From IMG/VR virus record IMGVR_UViG_3300025392_000002: a stretch of 64,000 nucleotides of DNA; one strand, written 5' to 3'. Source of the stretch: a virus. Lineage: Duplodnaviria; Caudoviricetes. The translations under genes were made by a program, and so were the position numbers. Below are positions 20,555 to 30,413 of this stretch, in pieces (within the stretch, counting starts at the first letter, position 1; each line of letters begins with the position of its first letter). The notes beneath the pieces were generated by a model. It saw only the letters and a program-made list of their open reading frames with translations, was not told the origin of the DNA and did not search any database.

Positions 20555-21261
20555 CAACTTTATCAGATATAAAAGACATTGATCAACGTGCTCAAGTAAG
20601 TGCTGGCTTAATTAAAAACCATGACCTTAAAAACAGGAAAAAATTTCCATTTATTCCAACAAGAATAGTTGATAATTTTTTTGAAGCTCCTATGGGTTGG
20701 CGGGCATTTGCCTTAGACCAGTCCTACGAAAGAAGCGATACTGGTACTTGGCCGGGTGTTAGATCGAAGTCGTTAGATCAACTTGATCCTGATATGTTTG
20801 AAATATTTGCTAAAAAACTATTACAAGTTCTTCCAGAATTTGTCGGTTTTCGAGAATTAGGAATTAATTTTCATCTTATAGACGAAACTTTTGATAAAGG
20901 ATGGGTTCATGACGATGATCCTACATTGAATGTCGTAGGAGTTGTTTACTTGAATAAAAATGCACCTCCAGATTCAGGCACGACATTGTATTGTGACCAG
21001 TACGATTTAGACGCCGATCGTTATAGATCTTTATTTAAACAAGATGTACTCAGTATTGATCCCGAAGAAAGAAAAAAACTAACGTATGCAAGAGACGATC
21101 AGAGAAGCAAATACAGACCAAGTATGGTGGTTGAAAATGTTTTTAATCGATGCGTAATTTATGACCCACGTACTTGGCATAGCCCTAATAAATTTTTTGG
21201 TAAAACAAAAGAAGATTCGCGTCTTAATATTGTATTTTTTGCACAAGGTGTACGTAAATGA
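20551..21261 (+). CDS. Putative 2OG-Fe(II) oxygenase (DUF6445-like), tandem paralogue of the previous gene
   Basis: Shares FIPT, WPGVRSK, GWVHDD, DPRTWH and FFG.TKEDSRL.IVFF with 19913..20554. Confidence 0.75.
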   Translation: MTTLSDIKDIDQRAQVSAGLIKNHDLKNRKKFPFIPTRIVDNFFEAPMGWRAFALDQSYERSDTGTWPGVRSKSLDQLDPDMFEIFAKKLLQVLPEFVGFRELGINFHLIDETFDKGWVHDDDPTLNVVGVVYLNKNAPPDSGTTLYCDQYDLDADRYRSLFKQDVLSIDPEERKKLTYARDDQRSKYRPSMVVENVFNRCVIYDPRTWHSPNKFFGKTKEDSRLNIVFFAQGVRK

Positions 21262-21875
21262 ATTTAAGATTTGCTAATTTTTCTAACTTCGGATTTGTTA
21301 GAGATACAGTTCCTAGCGATGTACTTTTATCTTTAAAATCAGAAATTGACTGCATCGATTTAGATAAAACTAATACTATTTCAGGACAATTAGCAGGAAA
21401 TATTGAAAAACAATTTGAACTATCAAGTAGTAATGCGGCACTAGAACCTTATGTATTATATCTTTGCCGAGAATATCTCAATACATTTAATCCTGCACAT
21501 ACGTTTCAATTTTCTCAAATAAAAAACTTAAAATTAAATGCATCATGGGTAAATTTTCAAAAGAAGAATGAATTCAATCCTATACATACACATGACGGCA
21601 TGTTTAGTTTTGTAATATGGATTAAAATTCCTTATTCTATAGATTCAGAAATATCTCAACCCCATGTTGTTAATTCTAATATGCGACGTGCAGGTATGTT
21701 TTCTTTTATGTATACAAATGTATTCGGAGAAATTAGAGAATCTGTGCAGGCAATTGATAGTTCATTTGAAGGTGAAATATTTTTATTTCCTGCATCTTTT
21801 ATGCATCAAGTATATCCGTTCACTACTTCAGACGACTACAGAATTTCTATATCAGGAAATATTATAAATGGATGA
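21258..21875 (+). CDS. Putative 2OG-Fe(II) oxygenase
   Basis: LAGNIE, WVNFQKKNEFNPIHTHDG.FSFVIW, FPA...HQVYPF, RISISGN. Confidence 0.85.
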   Translation: MNLRFANFSNFGFVRDTVPSDVLLSLKSEIDCIDLDKTNTISGQLAGNIEKQFELSSSNAALEPYVLYLCREYLNTFNPAHTFQFSQIKNLKLNASWVNFQKKNEFNPIHTHDGMFSFVIWIKIPYSIDSEISQPHVVNSNMRRAGMFSFMYTNVFGEIRESVQAIDSSFEGEIFLFPASFMHQVYPFTTSDDYRISISGNIING

Positions 21876-22467
21876 TATCATCATAATTGAAAATGTAATT
21901 TCTAAAGATTACCAGAATCATATATTGTCACATGCATCAAGTTTAAAGTTTCCATGGTATTTCAATCCCAACATGGTTAGTGAGCATGATCCAGTTGCAA
22001 ACGATCCTAAAAATGTTATGGGATTTAATCATTTTTTATACGAAGAAGGCAAACCAGTTAGTCCATTCTTTGACTCGGTATATCCTTTAATACTATCTAT
22101 TACTGGAAAAACAAATGTACAATTTCAACAGTTAGAGCGTATGCGATTTAATTTAACTTTTAAGAATACATCGAGCACAGAAAACTGGCACTTGCCACAT
22201 ATTGACACCGCTCATCCGCATTTGGTTGCAATTTATTACGTGAACGATAGTGATGGCGATACTGTTATTTTTAATGAAACTAACGACTCATACAAACCAA
22301 AAGATTTTGATAAAATGAAATCTGAGGACTTCACAGTCAAGGCACGGATAACTCCTAAACAAGGAAAAATGGTAATTTTTCCAGGACAATATTATCATGC
22401 ATCATCATATCCAAGAAATTCTAAATACAGAATGGTGATTAATTCAAATTTAGGAAACATTCTCTAA
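21868..22467 (+). CDS. Putative 2OG-Fe(II) oxygenase (paralogue of 19348..19920)
   Basis: FPWY, PHID, YYVNDSDGDT, YHASS.P, RMVIN. Confidence 0.8.
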   Translation: MDDIIIIENVISKDYQNHILSHASSLKFPWYFNPNMVSEHDPVANDPKNVMGFNHFLYEEGKPVSPFFDSVYPLILSITGKTNVQFQQLERMRFNLTFKNTSSTENWHLPHIDTAHPHLVAIYYVNDSDGDTVIFNETNDSYKPKDFDKMKSEDFTVKARITPKQGKMVIFPGQYYHASSYPRNSKYRMVINSNLGNIL

Positions 22468-22991
22468 TGCAAGATTACATGGTTTATAAATCTCAATTGA
22501 TTATAGATAATCAACCACAAATTATCTATGAGCTAGAACGAGCACATTATCACTTTACAAAAAACTTTCATAAAATGGATCCTACTTGGGGCTATGCATT
22601 TTATAACATATTTGCTATTACTAGTCCTAGTCCGTTGTTTTATGATATACTGCAAGAAATGAAACAACAAGTTCGTGAATTCACGGGCATCAAAGGTCCT
22701 ATGTGGTTTCAGTCATGGCTTAACTATCATAAACCTGACGAAGTTTTAGACTGGCACGATCATCAATGGCCGTGGCACGGTTATTTTAGTATTGATCCTA
22801 AAAATACAAAAACAGTATTTGAAGGTTATGAAATTCTTAATGAAGTGGGTAATGTATATATTGGCCCAGGATTTAGAAAGCATAAGGTTGAGGTACTAGA
22901 ATCGTACGAAACCCCAAGAATTACCCTGGGGTTTGATATTGAAACACGCCCTAATTTATGCTATGAGCAGTTTTCGTTAATACCGTTTTAA
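22467..22991 (+). CDS. Putative 2OG-Fe(II)/cupin oxygenase-like protein
   Basis: SWLNYH...LDWHDH...HGY...HKV...RITLGFD. Confidence 0.65.
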   Translation: MQDYMVYKSQLIIDNQPQIIYELERAHYHFTKNFHKMDPTWGYAFYNIFAITSPSPLFYDILQEMKQQVREFTGIKGPMWFQSWLNYHKPDEVLDWHDHQWPWHGYFSIDPKNTKTVFEGYEILNEVGNVYIGPGFRKHKVEVLESYETPRITLGFDIETRPNLCYEQFSLIPF

Positions 22992-23281
22992 TAAGGTACA
23001 TCGATTGGTGGAATTGTACCAGCTGGATGTGCCGCAAATCTAGGATCTTGATAGTACGGCGGAGGTAAAACTGGCTCCCAATCTGTAGTATTTTCTTCCT
23101 CATTAGTCTGCATGGCCCATATAGTAGCTTTTTTCTTAGCTTGTGCAAGGCTATCAATATGTGGGCGATTATGATAATTAGGATGTGCTGGATCTTCAGC
23201 ATGTTCTGGGTGTGCATGTGGTAGCTCCCAGTCCCTAATTTCTTCGGTTTTAGTGTTTTTTATTTGAACATGAAATGGCAT
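22988..23281 (-). CDS. Small His/Pro-rich hypothetical protein
   Basis: Has its own TAAATA box (23308-23313, minus) and AGGAG RBS; HAHPEHAEDPAHPNYHNRPH segment. Confidence 0.7.
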   Translation of the reverse strand: MPFHVQIKNTKTEEIRDWELPHAHPEHAEDPAHPNYHNRPHIDSLAQAKKKATIWAMQTNEEENTTDWEPVLPPPYYQDPRFAAHPAGTIPPIDVPY

Positions 23282-23313
23282 TTTTTACTCCTAACGGATT
23301 GATACGTTATTTA

Positions 23314-23979
23314 TCAATGATATTGCTTAGATCTTGGAACTGGAGTGTACTGGGCGATTACATTTTTAATGAAAAATACTTGCGATAATCTAAACCCTTC
23401 CCCTGTTTCAAAATTATCTGCTTTGTGATACGATTCTCCATCGTACGCAATCATACGATTATACTTGTTGGTGAACCTTATAGTTTCTGAGAATTTGCTA
23501 TTGTGGTTAGAAATTGTCTGATCGTATAAGTCTGGATCTACAGTTTCTCCCTTAAAAAACGCATGTTTAACGCTACTAACGTCTTCTAAAATAGCATCCT
23601 TTTTTAACTCATAAATCGAAGTTCCGCTTGATGGATCAGGATTGTCATTTAAATAAATTATACCAGCAAATACTGTGTTATCGTCGGCATGAATCCACCC
23701 TGTATTTCTATACTTGGCAGTACCAGGCATTGGATAAATCTTTTGAAAATACGACGATACTTCCCATGTGATTGGCGCATTTGTCAAGTCATAAAACATA
23801 GAGAACAAGCGTTTGCAAGTCATCGATAACATTTTTACGTTTGTAGTATGTATAGCCGCACGTAGTCCAGGGTAGCTACCTTCAGGACAAGCTACATAAT
23901 CCAATTGAGATGCATACTTTTGCATTTGATCTGGATCATCGTAAAAGTTATCTACACAAATTGCTGGAAAATTTATCAT
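23314..23979 (-). CDS. Putative 2OG-Fe(II) oxygenase (DUF6445-like)
   Basis: VDNFYDDPD, YPGLR, GWIHAD, AGIIYL, GTSIY, YNR..AYD...YH, RLSQVFF. Confidence 0.75.
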   Translation of the reverse strand: MINFPAICVDNFYDDPDQMQKYASQLDYVACPEGSYPGLRAAIHTTNVKMLSMTCKRLFSMFYDLTNAPITWEVSSYFQKIYPMPGTAKYRNTGWIHADDNTVFAGIIYLNDNPDPSSGTSIYELKKDAILEDVSSVKHAFFKGETVDPDLYDQTISNHNSKFSETIRFTNKYNRMIAYDGESYHKADNFETGEGFRLSQVFFIKNVIAQYTPVPRSKQYH

Positions 23980-24004
23980 AAGTTTGTATCCTCTGTAGTA
24001 GTTA

Positions 24005-24637
24005 TCATATTTCTAAAGACTGTAGAAAATAATTAGATATTGGTCCTTTGATAAAAGTATTAAAAGATAGCGAAATTCTGTTTGTATTACTGTTATTCTT
24101 TGATACTTTGTGTTCTAAACTACTTGGAAATAGAAGTAGGCTATGCTGTTTTGGAATTAATATCCAATGCTTTGAATTATAAATGTTACTGTTTACAGTA
24201 GTATATTCTATCTGCTGATATTGGCTATTTGAAAATATAAGATTTCCCGAGTCAGCATCAACATTGAAATAGTATACTCCGCTGATTATAGAGTTTGCAT
24301 GACGATGCCTGTGATGCTCCTGCCCCGGCTCGGTTTTGTTTAACCAACTTTCTGTAATATATATTTCAATATCAGGCTCAGCCTGCATTACTCCATAAAA
24401 ATATTGTTTTAATTCTGCTTGTATCAAAGAATAGAACCGAGTTTCTTTGACAGAATCTAACCAACGATTATCTTTACTTACATTATTATTATGATTGCTA
24501 GCCCATTCGACATTATCTCCGGACACCATAGTATCTAACGACATCAATTCTTCTGCTGTTTGTTGTACACCAAGATTATTAACATATACCGGAGAGCTAA
24601 AAAGTGGAATAATTTCGTGGCCAAAATTTATGTTCAT
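24005..24637 (-). CDS. Putative 2OG-Fe(II) oxygenase (TIGR02466-like)
   Basis: LFSSPVY, ESWLN, HRHANSIISGVYY, FPSSLEHKV, RISLSFN. The start is probably ATG 24637, just after the halogenase stop. Confidence 0.85.
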   Translation of the reverse strand: MNINFGHEIIPLFSSPVYVNNLGVQQTAEELMSLDTMVSGDNVEWASNHNNNVSKDNRWLDSVKETRFYSLIQAELKQYFYGVMQAEPDIEIYITESWLNKTEPGQEHHRHRHANSIISGVYYFNVDADSGNLIFSNSQYQQIEYTTVNSNIYNSKHWILIPKQHSLLLFPSSLEHKVSKNNSNTNRISLSFNTFIKGPISNYFLQSLEI

Positions 24638-24638
24638 T

Positions 24639-26123
24639 TTATTTCCATTCTTTGGGTGCATTTATCATCACATTCAATGCTTCTCTGTGGGTTACAGTAT
24701 CATCAATATTTTTATAATAGCCTTCATCAAATGCTAGATCTTGTATAGATTTTTGTGTCAGATGATTGAAATTTTCTTGATATAGTGCTTTGATTTTTTC
24801 TGTGTTGAACATTTGTAAACCGTGCATAACCTGTGCAAAATTTAATCCTCTAAACATTAATAATGGAGACGATGAAAAATAAGTGTCATTAACAAAATTA
24901 TTTTTAAAGACGTCTATATATTCTTTGTTAAAATCTGTCATTTTAATATTATGTTTACACCACTTCCAAAATTCTGTATCTTCTCGAGTAGTGAAATAGT
25001 GAAGTTGTATAAAATCTATAATATTTGTTACAATAAGATTTGCAGACTCGTTATACTTTTTGACAGTAGTTTGATTTTCTCTACTCCATAACCCTAAAAA
25101 CGGTCCTAGCATTCTCACTAATTGTATAGTACTACCAATACTAGATGCTTCCAATGGCTCAACAAACATACTAGCTAGACCAACAGTTACACAATTTTTG
25201 ATCCAGCATTTATCTACATACCCTGCCGAGAATTTAATTTTCTTTCCTATACTAATCGTTTCTTCAAACTCTGATTGTACTTCATCGAAAGCTTCTGTTT
25301 CATTGATAAATGCATCACAGAATACATAACCGTTTCCAAATCTTTCTTGAGTAGGAATACGCCATCTCCATCCAGAACTCATAGCTTTTGCCAATGTATA
25401 TAATGGTAGAGACTCTTGGTATCCTGTAGGAAATGCTATAGCACTATTCATAGGTAGTTGTTCAGAACAATCTATCCACTTGGCTCCAAGTTTTGAAATA
25501 ATAATTCTATTAAATCCTGTAGAATCTATATAAAAATCATGTTCATAGACATTACCAGTAGCTCCAGTCAAACTTGATACAAACCCGTGGTCATCTAAAT
25601 TAACATCTATTATCTCGTCATCTATAATAGTGATATTTCTTTCTTTGCACAGTTTGTGGAAATAGTTGTTAAGTTTATTTGTATCAAAATGATACTGGCT
25701 AAAAGTTTCTAATATAGGATCTCTTAGTATCGATTTGATCCATGTGGGCCATAGTGTTTCTAAAGGATCAGCATTTTCTGATATTAATCTCATCATAGTA
25801 TACGGTATTGCAGTATACGGATCGTGTATACTGTATTTTTCAGATAGACTATGGAAATAAGTTTTACCGTCACTGCGCCATCCGTCAAACTTGATACCAG
25901 ATTTAAGTGTAGCACCGCATTCTCTTATTAGATCAAATCTTGAGATACCTACAGCTTGCATAAAGGTTGCCCAATGTTCTGTTGAACCTTCGCCGACTCC
26001 GATAATACCTATTTTACTTGATTCAATTATTGTTATTTCAGTATTTGGATGTGCTTTTTGTAAGTATAATGCAGATATTAATCCTGCTGTGCCTCCTCCG
26101 GCAATACATAATTTTTTTATCAT
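24639..26123 (-). CDS. Flavin-dependent halogenase (tryptophan halogenase family), second copy
   Basis: AGGGTAG, GVGEGST, ATLKSGIKF (catalytic Lys), WRWRIP, FVEPLEASS. Confidence 0.9.
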   Translation of the reverse strand: MIKKLCIAGGGTAGLISALYLQKAHPNTEITIIESSKIGIIGVGEGSTEHWATFMQAVGISRFDLIRECGATLKSGIKFDGWRSDGKTYFHSLSEKYSIHDPYTAIPYTMMRLISENADPLETLWPTWIKSILRDPILETFSQYHFDTNKLNNYFHKLCKERNITIIDDEIIDVNLDDHGFVSSLTGATGNVYEHDFYIDSTGFNRIIISKLGAKWIDCSEQLPMNSAIAFPTGYQESLPLYTLAKAMSSGWRWRIPTQERFGNGYVFCDAFINETEAFDEVQSEFEETISIGKKIKFSAGYVDKCWIKNCVTVGLASMFVEPLEASSIGSTIQLVRMLGPFLGLWSRENQTTVKKYNESANLIVTNIIDFIQLHYFTTREDTEFWKWCKHNIKMTDFNKEYIDVFKNNFVNDTYFSSSPLLMFRGLNFAQVMHGLQMFNTEKIKALYQENFNHLTQKSIQDLAFDEGYYKNIDDTVTHREALNVMINAPKEWK

Positions 26124-26569
26124 ATTAAATCTACTAAATCAAATACGGTCTGGAGTTTTGTGCGGATAGTTTTTGAGCTAAAACTATTACGTAAACCTTG
26201 ATGTAACGGTTTAGGAGCACGATCTATAGTGGACCATGCCCAACCCATATGTTCGTCGCTTAAGACTGGAACAAATTCTGTGTCTATTACACACAAGTAT
26301 GTGTGGAAATTAAACACTTTGTCGTTGGACACAAATGTTTCCAAGGGAATTGTTTTTATAATATTGGGTAAACTACCAATTTCTTCAGTAATTTCACGTT
26401 GCAAACCCTGCCAAGGAGTTTCGCCTACTATGTTAGTACCGCCAACTAGACCCCATGTACCTTCATGCTTGCCTTGTGTTTTTTGTAATAGCAGGAAACG
26501 TCGCGTAGATTTAGCGTAGAACAATGCTCCGCTACATACAATACGATCTGTTACAAGTCTATTCTCCAT
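26120..26569 (-). CDS. NUDIX hydrolase
   Basis: Nudix box GTNIVGETPWQGLQREITEEIG. Confidence 0.9.
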   Translation of the reverse strand: MENRLVTDRIVCSGALFYAKSTRRFLLLQKTQGKHEGTWGLVGGTNIVGETPWQGLQREITEEIGSLPNIIKTIPLETFVSNDKVFNFHTYLCVIDTEFVPVLSDEHMGWAWSTIDRAPKPLHQGLRNSFSSKTIRTKLQTVFDLVDLI

Positions 26570-28050
26570 TGGCCCACGTCATAAAAACCTTCGAAGCTCT
26601 TGTTCCATGAAACACCGTTCCACAAATACTGAACTCCTGTATATATATTCGTTTGCCATACCATAGAGCTTGAATGTTGGCTAGCTGTAAACACTATTCT
26701 CCAAGCAGTACCACTCCACTCTATAATATCATTTGCATGGGCTACAAAATCTGTACCGGTAGTACTTTGCCATGCTTTTGCACCTGCACTTGCACTATTA
26801 GTTGTGCTACCTATATCTTCTATGATTAGTAGTCGTGTACCTACTGCAACAGGTTGGTCAGATTGTTCTTTACCTGTTGGACGTTTTGGATTATAAGTTG
26901 CAGGATCTACAATAGCATCGAATGTTCCTGGACTATTTGGTCTACTGCTAGTACCAGCATTATATCCGTAGTCTGAATCTAGTTTTCCAGTACTGTCAAT
27001 GCCTGTGTTTGTAACTAGTGTATCTGGATTCCAGTTAACACGCAATATCGTAGGATCGAATGAATCTAATGCAATAGTTCCAATAACTATTGCCCCGTTT
27101 GATTGTGTTAGATATATTTGACTTGATCCTGCAATATATTTTCCAGGATATGCATCAAACACTATATTCCAATCAATTGGCGTTCCTATCCGTGTGGGTG
27201 AAATATCTAGTGTAGGCTCTCGAGGATTCGTAGTGCCACCGGGCCCTAGTAGGTATGCCTTACCACCGTATACTTCTATCTTATAATTAGTAATTGTTGT
27301 TACATCAGTACTAACAAGGTCACTCATTGTCGTAGTTCCGGCAATAGGGTCCATGCCTAAACCTTCTATATAAGTTCCGCTAGTAGTATTAGCACCATAA
27401 AGACTAGTAATAATTTTTGTAATAACACCCAAGTGTTTGACTTTAACCGGAGGGTTAATCCAAATTGGAGTTTCTACTTCTAAAGTAGCAATGTCAATTG
27501 GAGTATCGTTACCTACAGGAACTTGTTTACTACTCCAAGTAATGTTTGATAAATTCAATACAGTTAAACTGGTCCAGTCTAAGTAATTGTCAGATGTTTG
27601 TAATTCTAATGTTGGATTAAACAATACTAAAATTTGTTCAAGTATTTGCAATTTTTGTTCGCTACTGCTAGACCAAATATCCACTTTCATTTTTAACTGA
27701 AAAGGTGTTGGCATCAGTCTTTCAACCATGTAGTTTTTACCTTGCCCAGTAGTATAAGTTCCAGAATCGATATCGCGTTCACGGATTTGTACTTTATCAA
27801 CAAATGTTTGATCGGCTAGACGATCTTTGTCCATACTCAAACCGTTGACATACACACTGATACGTGGCACACTATTAACTTTGTTTTCACTATTGTTACG
27901 TATGATGCTAGCAACTTGACGATCTGCATCTCCATACATGACAGGTACGCGAACTAGTGTTCCATCACCGTACTTGACTGCAAAGTTACTAAACACACGA
28001 ATAGTTTGTATGATGTAACGTCTTATTTGTCCGTCGTAAAAAAATTGCAT
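26551..28050 (-). CDS. Tail terminator / sheath stabiliser (T4 gp15-like) with a C-terminal extension
   Basis: FFYDGQIRRY...VRVPVMYG...PRIS...P.PF...QILEQILVLFNP; neck-gene context. Confidence 0.75.
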   Translation of the reverse strand: MQFFYDGQIRRYIIQTIRVFSNFAVKYGDGTLVRVPVMYGDADRQVASIIRNNSENKVNSVPRISVYVNGLSMDKDRLADQTFVDKVQIRERDIDSGTYTTGQGKNYMVERLMPTPFQLKMKVDIWSSSSEQKLQILEQILVLFNPTLELQTSDNYLDWTSLTVLNLSNITWSSKQVPVGNDTPIDIATLEVETPIWINPPVKVKHLGVITKIITSLYGANTTSGTYIEGLGMDPIAGTTTMSDLVSTDVTTITNYKIEVYGGKAYLLGPGGTTNPREPTLDISPTRIGTPIDWNIVFDAYPGKYIAGSSQIYLTQSNGAIVIGTIALDSFDPTILRVNWNPDTLVTNTGIDSTGKLDSDYGYNAGTSSRPNSPGTFDAIVDPATYNPKRPTGKEQSDQPVAVGTRLLIIEDIGSTTNSASAGAKAWQSTTGTDFVAHANDIIEWSGTAWRIVFTASQHSSSMVWQTNIYTGVQYLWNGVSWNKSFEGFYDVGQWRIDL

Positions 28051-29573
28051 TAGAAATCTGCCTTAGGTTTAAGAACTTTGCTGATTGATTGACGTTGTTC
28101 TTCTCTACTACCATACAATGTCACAGCCCAACTGCCAGTAAAAGGTATAGATTGTTGTGGACTATCGTCTAGTATGCCATCAAATCCAGTAGTAGATCCA
28201 GATCTACCGCCATCATCTACCACACTTGGCGGATATGTTTGCGCCGCACTACCACCATCTGCAACGTCTGTTGGTGCGATCGTCGGTAGTGTAATTCTTA
28301 AACAATTAGATGCTGTTCCAGTTAACGGATTAGTATAGCTGTAACTGGAGTACATTGTCTTATAAGTTACATAATCAAATTCTAGTGTAGTAGTTTCAGA
28401 CTTGATAACAACATATGGTGCTGTAGCAACAGTTGTGTTATACGGAATTCTTGTATTAATTACATAAGTTCCAGATGTTAAATTGATCACATCACTAGCA
28501 ATAGAAGATGTATATGTGTAATAATTGTTATTGATAAATCCAGTCTTCAATGTGTTACGTGTATCGTTATTGGTCATGTTCATTCTTACACTATCTTCAA
28601 TGGCTACCCAGCTCTTACCACTAAATTTAAAAAGTCTATTAGGTAAAAAATCTGTACGTAAAAAGAAATCGTCTGCTTGTGCATTAGCCGGAAATTGAAT
28701 TCCAAAACCAAAATCATACCCGTTAGCTGGATAACCGTCACCTAGCAAGTAACCAGTGTAACCGCTACGCTCTGGGACACCAGGTGTTACTGTACCGTTG
28801 GTTGTATTTAGAACTGGTTTACCTGTTTGAGGATCTGCGGCCAGTGTATAAAATTGTCTTGTTTCGTATCCGCTCTTGGGTGCATCGGCTTCAGCCTGCG
28901 CAACCAGCTGATTGTTAATTTCAATTTCTTTATTGTACATACTCAACAAGTCACGTAGACTTGTATCAGAAGGATTACCATTTGCATCATTGACCTTTTG
29001 ATTAAAGATCTGTGCAAATTTCTGGTTATCAGTCACTCGTTTAATTTTAAGTCTATAAAGATGCGGATACCAAGTAACACTAAATCCTTCGCTAGCGCGA
29101 CCTACATCTTCAATAACATAATATCTAGGCAAGCTAATGTCAAAATCATTAAGTGCAAAATCATCTTTCAAGTGCGGTAGTTCTATTACATCACCGCTGA
29201 TAGGTTTACGGCCTACATACTTGATAAAATCGTTAATATGTACAGTCATGTACAATGTGTCATTATCAATAAACAAACCAAATGCGCTTAGGTTAAAGTC
29301 AATATTTTGTACATTATAGATTCCACGCAATCTATAAATTTCAGTATCATATGCACTGTCTCGATTTTCTAAAAATAGCAAATCTTGAATGTTTGTTACA
29401 GCAGTTGATCCATAAGATGGTTGATCAGCAGTAGCAGACGCATTAGCACCTACACCTAAATATTTGTGTAGATAAACGTCAGTTCCGCCCACTTGAAACA
29501 TCTCGCTGGCTTGTCGGTCTATAAATTTATAGTCTGAACCTCGTTCTGGTTTGTATAAGGATAATCGTGGCAT
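28050..29573 (-). CDS. Neck protein (T4 gp14-like), extended
   Basis: GTDVYLHKY, FNLSAFGLF, KPISGDVIELPH; lies between gp13- and gp15-like genes. Confidence 0.7.
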   Translation of the reverse strand: MPRLSLYKPERGSDYKFIDRQASEMFQVGGTDVYLHKYLGVGANASATADQPSYGSTAVTNIQDLLFLENRDSAYDTEIYRLRGIYNVQNIDFNLSAFGLFIDNDTLYMTVHINDFIKYVGRKPISGDVIELPHLKDDFALNDFDISLPRYYVIEDVGRASEGFSVTWYPHLYRLKIKRVTDNQKFAQIFNQKVNDANGNPSDTSLRDLLSMYNKEIEINNQLVAQAEADAPKSGYETRQFYTLAADPQTGKPVLNTTNGTVTPGVPERSGYTGYLLGDGYPANGYDFGFGIQFPANAQADDFFLRTDFLPNRLFKFSGKSWVAIEDSVRMNMTNNDTRNTLKTGFINNNYYTYTSSIASDVINLTSGTYVINTRIPYNTTVATAPYVVIKSETTTLEFDYVTYKTMYSSYSYTNPLTGTASNCLRITLPTIAPTDVADGGSAAQTYPPSVVDDGGRSGSTTGFDGILDDSPQQSIPFTGSWAVTLYGSREEQRQSISKVLKPKADF

Positions 29574-29577
29574 AATG

Positions 29578-29599
29578 ATATTTATCGTTAGCTAAATAT
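29578..29599. promoter_or_regulatory. Back-to-back (bidirectional) late promoters
   Basis: Inverted repeat ATATTTA-tcgttagc-TAAATAT gives TAAATA on each strand (29579-29584 minus; 29593-29598 plus) in the 43-bp gap between the divergent gp14 and gp13 genes. Confidence 0.7.
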
Positions 29600-29616
29600 G
29601 TAAGGAGAACAAAAAC

Positions 29617-30405
29617 ATGGTAGATTCACCGTCAACAACCCAGTCTAATTCAGTCACAGAGCGCAACGCAGTTTTTAGCTATGTTAAAAATATGCTAGGC
29701 GACGGTATGATTGAAGTAGAATTAGATCCGATACATTACGAAACAGCATTAGATCGCGCATTAAATCGCTATCGTCAAAAAAGCCCAAATGCTGTAGAAG
29801 AAAGTTACCTGTTTTTAGAACTTATCCAGGATCAAAACGAGTACAGATTGCCCGATGAAGTTATCACAGTACGTCAGGTATTTCGTCGTGCAATCGGTTC
29901 AAGAAGCGGTATAGGTGCAGGTGGAACATTGTTCGAACCATTCAACTTGGCGTACACTAACACTTACTTGATGTCAGGCAGTATGATGGGCGGCTTGGCA
30001 ACTTATGATGCCTTTGCTGGATATCAAAAACTAGTTGGACGTATGTTTGGTAGTTATATTGAATTTTTATGGAAACCTACTAGCCATTTACTAGACATTC
30101 TCCAGCGGCCTTTTGCTCAAGGCGAGCAAATTTTAATTCAAAGTTATAATTTCCGTCCAGACTGGGTCTTGCTACAGGATATCTATGCCAAGCAATGGCT
30201 ACGTGATTATACTTTAGCAGTTTGTAAAAGTATGCTAGGCGAAGCACGTAGTAAGTTTGCCAGTATCGCTGGGCCAGGATCGGGCGGTATGCAATTGAAT
30301 GGTACTGCACTCAAAGGCGAAGCTGAAAAAGAATTTGAGCGTCTGGACAAAGAATTAATGGACTATACCGCAGGCGGTTCGGGCTATTATTTCATAACTG
30401 GCTAA
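29617..30405 (+). CDS. Neck protein (T4 gp13-like)
   Basis: LGDGMIEVEL, WLRDYTLA..K..LGEARSKF, GG.QLNG..L..EA..E...L. Confidence 0.85.
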   Translation: MVDSPSTTQSNSVTERNAVFSYVKNMLGDGMIEVELDPIHYETALDRALNRYRQKSPNAVEESYLFLELIQDQNEYRLPDEVITVRQVFRRAIGSRSGIGAGGTLFEPFNLAYTNTYLMSGSMMGGLATYDAFAGYQKLVGRMFGSYIEFLWKPTSHLLDILQRPFAQGEQILIQSYNFRPDWVLLQDIYAKQWLRDYTLAVCKSMLGEARSKFASIAGPGSGGMQLNGTALKGEAEKEFERLDKELMDYTAGGSGYYFITG

Positions 30406-30413
30406 CAAATATA

